From the NCBI GenBank assembly GCA_013239625.1, contig MU053881.1, positions 1,364,001 to 1,428,000 on the forward strand: DNA of 64,000 nucleotides. Direction: 5' to 3'. Below the pieces are notes generated by a model. The model was given only the letters and a program-made list of their open reading frames with translations. It did not search any database and was not told the DNA's origin. Positions 10,201-20,741 of the stretch are shown here, in pieces. Both the position numbers and the translations under genes were made by a program. Numbering within the stretch: the first letter of the stretch is position 1; the number at the start of each line of letters is the position of its first letter. This DNA comes from Lama guanicoe. Its lineage: Eukaryota.

Positions 10201-13200
10201 TCTAAGAGCAAGATGTATAGAATATTTTTCAACACTTTTTAAACTTTGCAGACAGAATAATCTTTTTAAGAGTAGTTTGTCAGCGGGGGGCTAAAGAACT
10301 CTTCGTTGCTTTTTTGTTTTGTTTTCGTGGGTTTGTTTGTTGTTCTTTTGTATTTCTTCTTTTCTATACAGTTTAAGTATTTCTACTCTAAAGTTCCAAA
10401 ATAATCAGTGGAATTTGAGATTAGAGCAAGAAAGATAGCTCTATCTAATTGTTTTCGGTAGCAGCTGAAAATAAGATAATTTGAGTGCTGAAACCTTAGT
10501 TATGCTTTGATAGAGATCATTTGAAAATATTCCACACTTAAGCATTCATTGTTTGAGTAACTGATAGTTTGTACCGTTACTTACACTTCTTTCTCCCCCC
10601 TCACTTTAGATGAAATCGTGGACACTTTGGGTGAAGGGGCCTTTGGCAAAGTTGTAGAGTGCATTGATCATGGCATGTAAGTTTGTTTCTTTTGTTTGTT
10701 TTCAACGTTCTGATATTTTTGGTGGGGAAGGATCCATAATTGAGATGAAATGGTACTTTAGTGGTAGGTATGTGTTTTCCTGAGAAGAGGTGTAAGTATT
10801 CAAAATTTTTTGAACTTTGTATGATTTATTTACCATGAATGTGGATTTTGGTCAAGAATGCTGAACATTTTTATCAGATGAAGTTCTTTGAAATTAAAGT
10901 GAGTGTTCAAGTAAAGGGTGTTCAGGTGAAGGGTTTCCCAGAACTTAGGCCCCTGGCTTTTTGTGAGAGATTTGGAGTGCTTTACTCTGCTTTTGAATTA
11001 CAGAGGCAATAAAGCATATCTAATTTTCTTGGTTCAAAAACCTTTATATCCAAAGGATAGTATTTATGTGTTAGTCAGCTTCTTAAACTATAAAGAATTA
11101 CGTTACTTAAAGCCTGCAAAATAAAGTCCAGATTTTTTTAATGAGTTACACTAAACCCTTTGTGATTTGACCCTCTCTGCCTCATTTTAATGTTTTCTTC
11201 TAGGACCTCTGTTCTGTGGTTGCAAGCTTTTTATTGTAAGTGAATCCCTTAAGACAATTTAGTCAAAACTACACATTTCTAAATTGACATCTAAATTTTT
11301 TTCATCCTAAATAGTTGAGAAGTATGTAATTTCCAGTTTGTTGTAAATGTTAATTAAAAAAAAACTATATTTAGGGGAATCTAAATACAACGCCTACTGT
11401 TATCCATAAATAAAACTTTTCTTGAATACTTAGAAATGTTTTAACCTTGGATTTATCTTTACTCCACTTTTCATAAAGAATATTATCCTAAATGTCTTTT
11501 TTTATCACCCTTTCCTCTCTTCAAAAAAATGTGAACATAAATTGAAATTTTGAGATATTTTGAAATATATTCAGACTTAGGAAATTTACTGTAATAGTTC
11601 AAAGAATTCCTATGTTTTCTTCACCCAGATTCCCCAAATGTTAACATTTTACAGTATTTTATCATTCTCTAGATAGACATTCATGTATTTTCAAATTTTT
11701 CCAGCTAATCTGATGCAGTCCTGATTCACATTTCACTAGTTGTCTCATTAATATCTTTTAAAATTTCTTGATAGTGCAAGACTTCAGTATTTGAGATATT
11801 CCAATTAATAGTATTTAGTTGGTCAAGTACAAATCTGTTACCAATTTTGGTACTTATTACACCTAAAACAAAATTTAATCAGAAATGTATATTTTATTGG
11901 AATGGTTGGGGCTTTTAAAAAACGGGTACATGTTTCCATAGATAAATATCTTAGTGTTTCAGCATTGTTTCCATTTTAGTTTTTTTAATTGATGTATAAT
12001 TGAATAATATTATGTAAGTTTGTAAGTTTAAGGTGTTTAACATGTTGGTTGATAAATTTATATACTGCAGTATGATTACTACAGTGGCGTTAGCTAACAC
12101 ATTTATCCATTTTTCATTTTTTGTGCTATTAGCATTTAGAAAACTTGGCCATACAATTAAATAGAAGACGTTTTGTCACAGCAGTTTTGTAGCAGTTATT
12201 TAAGTGTCGACATAACATGCTTACAGCATAGGGAAATTATCATCAAAATAATTTTTTAATGATTTGTCAGCCTACAACTTCACTAGAGCCCTTGTTAAAA
12301 GCAGTGGGATGGGAAAAGTTTTGCTATCCAGCCACTAGAAAAATTGGTTTTGCCTGAAAATTTTGTTTTGTTTTGTTTTTTACAGCCTAGGGCACATACC
12401 TTGCCATACTAATTACCCATGCATGAGGTTTTCTTTTCTTTTATGAAGTGGAAAGGCCATAGTGAAAAAGGCTTGAATGCTGGCCCACCTTCAAGAAAAT
12501 CAGGTTTAGAAAAGAGGACATAGGGAAGCTGAAGATCTGGGAACCCCTTTCCTCAAAATCATTCACGGCTCTACACTTGTTAGGAAGGGTTACAAATGCC
12601 CAGTCTGAAGCACGCTGCCCTGCATTGTAGCTGTTTCTACCTACTGGCATCAGTGAACGTGCTTAACCTTCTTTTGGCTTCATGATTTATTGATGGTGTC
12701 TCCTTTGCCTGAATGTTCCATTTTCGTCCCAAGTCTACCAAACTGATAGCTGTTTCTCAGGGCTCAGTTGTGTATCACCTCTTCTGAAGGAGTCTGCTCC
12801 CCTGACCCTGATGGTTGAGCTCTTTATCCTCTCTATTCCATATTACCTTGTACCAAGCACATCTAACCTGATAAGTTGTTCAGGTGTCTGTCTTTTCCAT
12901 TAGACTGTGAGGTACATGGGACAAGCCTGTTTTTATCACTAACACCTATATACCATCTGGCACAGTAGGTCTAGCCTGGTGATTGAGCGAATGCTTTTCA
13001 GCAGTACCATACTCTATTCAAGGTTTATATTTCTGTCCTTTTTTTCAAAAAAAAGAAGTATTCTGTAAAATTTAGGTAAATTTAAAATTCTGGAAACAAA
13101 CATTGACATAAGTATTAAGAGAATCATCACTCCATATAAAGTATATTTTGTCAAAATGTTTTGAAAAGGTGTTATATGCATCTGTTACCATATGTCTTGA

Positions 13201-16200
13201 AGATTATTTTAGGAAAATAACATGGAATAATTAGTACTTAATAAGATAATGCTTTAGAGGATACATGTCTTCAACCCCCTCATGTACACTTACCATTTTA
13301 ATTTTAATTTTTAAGGGATGGCATACATGTAGCGGTGAAAATCGTAAAAAACGTGGGTCGTTACCGTGAAGCAGCTCGTTCAGAAATCCAAGTACTCGAG
13401 CACTTAAATAGCACTGACCCCAGTAGTGTCTTGTAAGTATAAACTTGGAACGGGGGTCTGCCGTGTTACGTGAAATAATCAGAATTTTGTGAACTGAATC
13501 ATTTTTATCTTGATCTCTTTCAGCCGCTGTGTCCAGATGCTAGAATGGTTTGATCATCACGGTCATGTTTGTATTGTGTTTGAACTGCTGGGACTTAGTA
13601 CCTATGATTTCATTAAAGAAAATAGCTTTCTCCCATTTCAAATTGACCACATCAGGCAAATGGCGTATCAGATCTGCCAGTCAATAAATTGTAAGTATAC
13701 TTGTTAAATTTTTAAACACCAATGAATTAAAGTTTTTATTATACAAGCGACATATCAAAACATTGTTACTAAAAATGCACATATTAGAAGAAAAGATGAA
13801 GCCACTTTTGATTCCTACATTCACTGCTCATCCTCCCTCCCATGCAGTACAGATTGAATTTGTAAATGAAACTAATGTCTTTTTGTTCTTTTGTAGTTTT
13901 GCATCATAATAAATTAACCCATACAGATCTGAAGCCTGAAAATATTTTATTTGTGAAGTCTGACTATGTAGTCAAATATAATTCTAAAATGGTAAGTTAA
14001 AGACTTGTTTTAATTTTGGTGATTGTCTTTAAAATTAGTTTAGCGTGGTGATCCTTGGATGAGGAATTTTACCTCTGAGGCTTATTTTTATATCCTGATG
14101 TTTAACCCCAAAAGGGTAATAATCTTTTTTCTTTCTTACGGGGTTATGTTGAGGATCAGAAAGGAACTAACATGCGAGCCTCTTGGATAGTACTCCAAAA
14201 CATTTCATGTCTTTATTGATCTTCATATTTACTCACCTGTGTCTCCCTAGAAACGCGATGAACGCACACTGAAAAACACAGACATCAAAGTTGTTGACTT
14301 TGGAAGTGCGACGTACGACGATGAGCATCACAGCACTCTGGTGTCTACGCGGCATTACAGAGCTCCAGAGGTCATCTTGGGTCAGTAGACACCAGACTTC
14401 CTGATAGTTTAATTGGAGAAGAAATCTTTGTTCTCTGCAGCTTTTATTGGGAGGCAGGTAGTGGAGGGATAGCTGTGATTTTCTTAGTAGTGTACAGAAA
14501 GTGTTTTCTGTTTTCATAAAAGCTGTCTGGACTCTGCTATAAATATTCTTCCTGAGTGGGAAAAATGTGATACCATCAGTATAGATACTCCAGGTGGTGG
14601 TTATTTTTGAACAAGTCAGTCTTACCAAGAACAAGCTCTATTGGCCAAGTACATCACAGCAGGGTGATTTTAAAGTGATATGAGTACCTGTTATTGTCTC
14701 ATCACAAAAGCATGGTGCTGGTGAAAACGATAAAATTTGGTTGGCAGACGTCTAGATGTCGGGGGGGATGGAGGTCGAGGACAGCAGAAGGGGGGCTAGT
14801 CAGGGAGAGCTTCTCTGATAATCTTTGACGTGAGAAAGGCTGGGGCAGAAGATGAGTCGGTGCAGGGTGTTAAAGAGGGAGCTCAGGAGGGGACAGTGTG
14901 TCTTGTGCCTCAGGGTCTGACAGCGCGACCAGGACTGGTGACAGCAGGGGACATCAAGGGTGGGTTTGGGGGCTTGGAGATAGTTAAATGCAGTAAGCTT
15001 ATTACTTGGCCAAAAGTGAGGGCCAACTGAAGTTAGATAGTATAACATTTTTATGGAATCAGCTGTTCCCACTTTTTAGCTTGTCCAGTAGGACTTGGTA
15101 GTTCAGGATAGGAGTGGAAAGTGACCTAATGATGCTCACCGAGCAGAGAGACCAGCAGAGGGGTGAGGAAATCAAGGTCGTGGTGCAGTGCTGGCCAGTA
15201 GAGCTCTCCATGGTGGTGGGAATGTTCTGTTTGCGCTGTCCAGTATGGTGACCATTAACCACTGTAGACTACTGTGTACTTGAAGTTCAGCTAGTGTGAC
15301 TGAGGAACTGAATTTTAGATTTTGCATTAAATTTTAGATTGAAACAGCTACACGTGGCTAGTGGCTACCACGACAGGACAGAACAGGTTTAGAATTTGTC
15401 TTTGAGGTTGTTACTAGGATTTCTGCTTAGTGTGGTCTGAGAGGAGTTACTGTGTTGAAATAGTTTAGAAAGTGTATTCATGACTGAGGACTGAAGGCTG
15501 CAACGAAGGTGAAAGAGAGGAGTGTGGGAAGAGGCTGTGGACAGAGAGGTATTTGCAGAGCTTAGAAGGAGATAACTTGCTATGTTTTATCAATTTTGGG
15601 AAAGGTATTTTTCCCACACATTTTAACACATGGTGGGGGACAACACAAAACAGTTGGCGTTTTTTCTTCGTTACTGATACATAACAGTGGTGCATCTTAT
15701 GCTTAGTTAATGGCCTCCTCCTAAATTGGGTAAATACAGTGATTCTTAGTGATAATACAGTTCTAAGTGTGGCCAGGCTGGGAATAGTTGATACAAATCT
15801 GAAGTTGGTGTTTGTGGTCTTGATGAAAAGAGTACAAGAGATGAGAAGATGAGAACGGTTCTCGTGTGTTTGTGGACTGTTAGTCCTGAAGATGAAGGCA
15901 GAGTTAGGCTGGAGGGGAAGGGGTGGTCAGGTGCTGCAGTTGAGGAGGGCAGTTGGTCTCCTGTCTTGGGTGTTGGTAATAAACAGAAATAGGGAGAAGC
16001 TGGTAAAAGTGAATGATACGAAATTCCAAAGAGTATGAGAGCTGACTTACCAGAAAATGGGATGAGTTAGAATGGTGCAGAGGGTTACAGTCACCTGGGA
16101 GAAAGCTGGGCTGGGAGAGAGGAGTGGCTAGAAAAGAAAACTTCGTCTTAGGTCCAGGCTGGGTGGTTTGCAGGTTTTGTGTGTGGTGCTGTGAGTCGAA

Positions 16201-19200
16201 ACCGTGCTCCGTTATCCGTTTGCTCAGCTGACGGGTACTGTGAGAGTTGGCAGAAACAGCTAAGTCGGAGTCAAGTCCCTTGAATATATTGTTTCTCCCT
16301 TTATCTTTAAATTCAGTGATGTTACTGAAAGTAATTGAAATGGCTTGTAGAGTAGGTTTTATTTGCACATTATTGTTTTATTAAATACTTGATCTTTAAA
16401 AGAATGAAACACCTGAATGGTTTGTTTTTCTTTTCTGAGTAATATTACTATTGAGGATTCTGAAGGAGAAAGTATATATAATCACGTAGAGACAACCAGA
16501 AAGTACGTATGTAGATCCCTGTCTGAACTTGAAATGGCTGTATAATTCTGCTTATAGGTGACACTGCTTATTAATATCCAGTATAATTCTTACATAATTT
16601 ATGTGAAACTAACATTTCTTTTAATGGAAGAAATAAACTCAGACATCAAGCTGATGATAACCGATAAGGAGTAATCACATTCTGAGGATAATTATTGATC
16701 TACATTTGCACTAATAAAATGTAAACTTTCATGGAAAGACCATGAAGTGGGTGTAACAGTGCTCCCCATTGCACAAGGAATGCAGAAAGTATGAAATATT
16801 TGCTAGCACCTCTTTTATTTTATATAAAATGCGGCCTCCTGCAGGCTAACATACTGTAATTTGATATCAGGATATGGAAGACTGAAAGCAGACTGAATAA
16901 TGTTGGATATAGAACAAAATGTAAACCCTGAATTTACTGTCATGTGCTCTAAAAAAGGGCTGTATAAGGAGAGCACCCACACAGGAAAGGGTTTAGTGTG
17001 TTGGCAGTTTTTAATTGTTGCATAATAAGGTGTTTGGTTTTGTTTTTAAACAGCTTTAGGTTGGTCTCAGCCTTGTGATGTTTGGAGCATAGGTTGCATT
17101 CTGATTGAGTATTACCTTGGTTTCACAGTCTTTCAGGTATGTATTTATTTAGTAAATGTTGTTTGCTAATTCATAATGAACTTTATATGTTAAAGGCATG
17201 TTAAAGTTTTGGTTTCCATATTGAAAAGTTGCCATTGTGTCACTTAAGATTAAAACTTATATGCAAAGTAGTCATCCTTCTCTACTGTCATAGTTGAATG
17301 AAACACTGCTGAGTGGTCATAATTTATCCTGCATGTGAATGGAGTTTTTAAACATATGGTTCATATTGACTTCATATGACCCATTTTTTAAATTGTGGTG
17401 CTCCATAAATTTACATTAGTTCTAACTGTGACCAGTTTTAATTCAGTTCTGATTATGTTGCCTATTGATATGACCATGAACAAGTTACTTCTTTTTTAAA
17501 AAGAATTTAGAAATAGTGAGTTGTATTAAGCATCTTTGTCAAACCAGGCACATTTCTAAGCACTTAGTATGTAAAGATGAAAAGACAACATCTCTGTCCT
17601 CAAGGAAGTCGTGCACAGGGTAGACACGGGGAAACTTACAGCACAATGTGATATATGCTATAATGGAACAACGTAGAAAGTATGGTGGGAACCCAGAGAA
17701 GGTGAATAGTTAAGTTTCCTTAGAGAAGGCATCACTGAGAAGTAGGGAGTTTAAGCCATACCAAAGGAAAGAGTAGGAGTTTGTCAGAAAACCTGAGTGT
17801 GTGATGCCATATCAGGAAGAAGAAATTGTATTCACAAATGCAGGAGGCATAAAGATGCTCGAGTCGAGGGTGGAGGAATAGTGCCGTCAGAGTGTCTTGC
17901 ATAAATAGGAAACGTCTGTAGGCAAGGACTGATTCATAGCTGACTTGTTTGCCATAGAAAGGTATTTACTTGTGTTACCCTAGGAGTCAGTGGTTTCCAA
18001 GTGTGGACTGGTCTAAAATGAAAATGATTTTCTAGGGTTGCCATTCTAGCCTTCATTTAGAAGTTAGCCTTCCTGTTTTTTTGGTATTAAAATGTCCCTT
18101 TAGTGAAACAGTAATCGTTACTTGCTTTTTAAAGTAAAAGTCCTTATCAAAATAAAAAGCAGAAAATGTTAAGGTCTCCACTTTTTTTCCCTCATAATTT
18201 TACTTATGTCTGAAGACTTAAAGTCTTGAAAGCTTCAAGCAGTGTAACCCTTGAAGAACTTTCTGTAGGGTTGGGATGTGATGTGATCAAGGTGTGTCAT
18301 TCTAGTTTGTAGATGGGTGGGGTGAGGGTGGTTCAGGAGTTCCTGGCTAATAATGTCAGGGCCGACTTGAGGTTATGGCATGCAGGGTGGGGGGAAGCTA
18401 TGGTGAAGTTATAGTCACTTAGGTGACTGTTGCAGAATACATGTGTTCACTGCTGTGGGGCACCTCACCAAACTTCTGTCTAGTCTGCAGAGAGCTGTTA
18501 GATGTACTCTTGAGTTTGTAGACAAGTTAGAGACCTAAGAAGAAGCTGCAGGTCATTTCTAGGAGGTGCTGTCCGGTTTTGTGGTAGAAAGCTGTAGGGT
18601 CAAGAAGTTGAGCAGAACTTTCTTCATTCTGACACTTAAATAAAATAGACCCTTCGAATGGTTTTATGATTGTAAGTCATTCCAAAGTCTTTAAGTGTGG
18701 ATTATTACTGTTGGTTTGAGATGTGGTTTATATTTGAATTCCACCCTCCAAAATAGTCTTCAGCTAAGGAACTTCTTGAAAATGTGGAGCTTGTATTATT
18801 TATTCCTGTCATGAATTAAGAACAACATTTTGAAAGTGTATACTAGGCACAGAAGTTGACAGATTTAAAAAGCATTGCACACAGCCTCTGCTCTCCAGAA
18901 CATGGGTTGGCAAACTGTATCCTGCCTGATGCCTTCTTTAAAAAATGAAAAAGGATATGTGATAGAGACCATTTGTGACCGCCTAGGCCTAAGATATTTA
19001 CTGTCTGGCCTTTCACGGAGGAAGTTTGCCAGCCTCTGCTCTAGGAGCATCCTATTTCAGCTGTAAGTTTATTCCACTTTCGCAAAGCTTTATTACTGTT
19101 TAAGAATGTGAGTTTTGTCTCAGGTTCACAGCTCAAGTTTCCTCATTTATGAGCTATATGTGACCTTGAGCTAGTATCTTACCCTCTGAAAGTCACGTTC

Positions 19201-20741
19201 CCACATACCTAGCTAGGGTTATGAGTATATTGGGGCTGTCTGGGATTAGTTGAGTGTGACAAGGTTGCTATTCATTGGGTAATGGAGGTTAAATGAGAGA
19301 CAGTTTTTTGGTAATCTTCCCCAGTCATCCCTCAGTTATATAGTGTAAGAAATAACAGATAAATAGGGGAAAACTGTTTTACACTGAGTAAATTATGTCA
19401 TCCCCTGTGCAGACCTTACTGATCCTTTCTAGAAAGACTTTGATTAGATTTGCATCAGACAAGGTAGCTGATTCAGTTTTTTTCCATCTTTGAAGTAGAG
19501 TGTAATATAAATTGTGTAGCTTTCTAATCCAGGCATATTTAGTCCTTTTATGTCAATACTGTTTCCTTGTGTTTTCCTTTATTGTGCATACCGGGAAAGG
19601 GAAAGTGCTAAATTTCTTTCTCCTCCTTTTTTAGACTCATGATAGTAAAGAGCACCTGGCAATGATGGAACGAATATTAGGACCCATACCAACACACATG
19701 ATTCAGAAAACAAGGTATACCTTTTGTGACTAAAGCCCTTGTTAGGTGCATGCAGTGGCCTGTATTCAAACTACAGGAAACCCATCTTTGTTGTCACTGC
19801 TTATTCTAGGGACTGCAGACTGTGAATTTTTTTCCACAAAGTGAAGTTTTTAAAAAGTAATACAGTATTTACTTTGTGATCCAGTAGACAGAGTGATGTT
19901 TTTATACTCACGGTAACATTTGCATAAATATTTTCCTAACTTGATGTAAAAATAATACATAGAGTAGTAAAAAGAGTTTAATTTTGGAGTCATATTGATC
20001 TAAGTTTGAATTCCATACTGTTGTTACCCAGCTGTATGTCTTTGGACAAGATACTGTAAGTGGTTTCAAAACATAACTTCACAGGAGTCACCCAGGTAGT
20101 TGTTTAAAGATTTCCAGCCCCATTCCAGATCAGAATTTTAGTGGAATCAGAGTTTCACTAAATGGATCCAGGAACCGCTGTTTTTGAAGCTTGCGTTGTT
20201 TCTTGTGTGCTGTTTGGGAACACCTTAGGTGGGACACTAGAACTTCAGAGGGTACAAGATTAAGGAAGATACCATGTAAGGTATCTGATGCATAATTGCT
20301 GCCGAGATGTGTTTTAATTGTGAGAGAGAGATGCGTGGTTCCATCTGTTTCCCCCATCTCCTGGTGAGTGCAGGGTAAACATGAAAAAAATTTTTTTTAA
20401 ACTAATCGAGAATTCTTTTTGCTGTAGAAAGCGCAAGTATTTCCATCATAACCAGCTAGATTGGGATGAACATAGTTCTGCTGGTAGATACGTCAGGAGA
20501 CGCTGCAAACCATTAAAGGTAAAAAAAAAAAAAAAGTTTAAAAAGCTGTTTTTAACTATTTTTTGATGTCTTTCTTAAACAAAATCATTTTTCCCCTCAG
20601 GAATTTATGCTTTGTCATGATGAAGAACATGAGAAACTGTTTGACCTGGTTCGAAGAATGTTAGAATACGATCCAGTACAAAGAATTACCTTGGATGAAG
20701 CACTGCAGCATCCTTTCTTTGACTTATTAAAAAAGAAATGA
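4122..20741 (+). CDS. CLK4: CDC-like kinase 4 (dual-specificity LAMMER kinase), full CDS: join(4122..4282,8815..9037,10124..10214,10610..10676,13316..13432,13524..13690,13897..13991,14251..14380,17054..17136,19635..19714,20428..20518,20601..20741) = 1446 nt, 481 aa
   Basis: Hand-spliced exons give an uninterrupted [23 protein letters not shown]...DLLKKK* with an RS-rich N-terminus and the motifs [32 protein letters not shown] and [11 protein letters not shown]. All introns are GT-AG with consistent phases. Synteny with COL23A1 matches the known CLK4 locus. Confidence 0.97.
6302..6425. mobile_element. MER5-like hAT/Charlie MITE remnant
   Basis: cagtgattctcaaacttt...gaatcacct... and terminal ctttcagaaacact resemble MER5A ends. 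Confidence 0.55.
7557..7731 (+). pseudogene. 7SK snRNA retropseudogene (5' ~half), sense orientation in CLK4 intron 2
   Basis: gtgagggctatctagtcaacatctgtcactccattg...ggtgtcccctctctccctcagtgctccatgtgcatccctcttgaagcttcgcactctgtcgaagaggac aligns colinearly with the 7SK sequence as recalled (GTGAGGGCGATCTGGCTGCGACATCTGTCACCCCATTG...GGTGTCCCCTTCCTCCCTCACCGCTCCATGTGCGTCCCTCCCGAAGCTGCGCGCTCGGTCGAAGAGGAC). 3' limit uncertain. Confidence 0.88.
7657..7715 (+). other. CLK4: Predicted 59-nt 7SK-derived cassette exon of CLK4 (poison exon / alternative start exon)
   Basis: Branch-point-like ctgAc 7625-7629, pyrimidine tract tcccctctctccctcAG, donor CAG|gtagag. ATG at 7663 is in frame with exon 3. Confidence 0.6.
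8815..9037 (+). CDS. CLK4: CLK4 exon 3 (223 nt; [13 protein letters not shown]...HQSRS)
   Basis: tttgcag| acceptor; TCG|gtatga donor; matches ORF 8837..9043. Confidence 0.95.
10124..10214 (+). CDS. CLK4: CLK4 exon 4 (91 nt, alternatively spliced; [30 protein letters not shown])
   Basis: gttccag| acceptor; weak T|gtatag donor; matches ORF 10112..10294. Confidence 0.95.
10610..10676 (+). CDS. CLK4: CLK4 exon 5 (67 nt; [21 protein letters not shown])
   Basis: ctttag| acceptor; AT|gtaagt donor; Gly-rich loop. Confidence 0.95.
13316..13432 (+). CDS. CLK4: CLK4 exon 6 (117 nt; [38 protein letters not shown])
   Basis: tttaag| acceptor; TT|gtaagt donor; VAVK lysine. Confidence 0.95.
13524..13690 (+). 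CDS. CLK4: CLK4 exon 7 (167 nt; [14 protein letters not shown]...CQSIN)
   Basis: tttcag| acceptor; T|gtaagt donor; matches ORF 13510..13707. Confidence 0.95.
13897..13991 (+). CDS. CLK4: CLK4 exon 8 (95 nt; [18 protein letters not shown]...NSKM)
   Basis: ttgtag| acceptor; ATG|gtaagt donor; catalytic loop HTDLKPEN. Confidence 0.95.
14251..14380 (+). CDS. CLK4: CLK4 exon 9 (130 nt; [43 protein letters not shown])
   Basis: ccctag| acceptor; G|gtcagt donor; DFG to APE activation segment. Confidence 0.95.
15199..15386. mobile_element. MER3-like hAT MITE
   Basis: gcgctgtccagtatggt...gctagtgtgactgaggaactgaattttagatttt...cacgtggctagtggctacc pattern. Confidence 0.65.
17054..17136 (+). CDS. CLK4: CLK4 exon 10 (83 nt; [27 protein letters not shown])
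   Basis: aaacag| acceptor; CAG|gtatgt donor. Confidence 0.95.
18896..19041. mobile_element. MER58A-like hAT MITE
   Basis: Inverted ends gggttggcaaact ... agtttgccagcctctg; internal tatttactgtctggcccttt-like motif. Confidence 0.6.
19635..19714 (+). CDS. CLK4: CLK4 exon 11 (80 nt; [26 protein letters not shown])
   Basis: ttttag| acceptor; AG|gtatac donor; LAMMER signature. Confidence 0.95.
20057..20226. mobile_element. MER5-like hAT MITE
   Basis: agtggtttcaaa...gagtcacccagg...gaatcagagttt...gtttgggaacac pattern. Confidence 0.5.
20428..20518 (+). CDS. CLK4: CLK4 exon 12 (91 nt; [30 protein letters not shown])
   Basis: ctgtag| acceptor; AAG|gtaaaa donor. Confidence 0.95.
20601..20741 (+). CDS. 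CLK4: CLK4 exon 13 coding part ([16 protein letters not shown]...DLLKKK*)
   Basis: cctcag| acceptor; TGA at 20739-20741; AT-rich 3' UTR follows. Confidence 0.95.
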   Translation, partial: EFMLCHDEEHEKLFDLVRRMLEYDPVQRITLDEALQHPFFDLLKKK

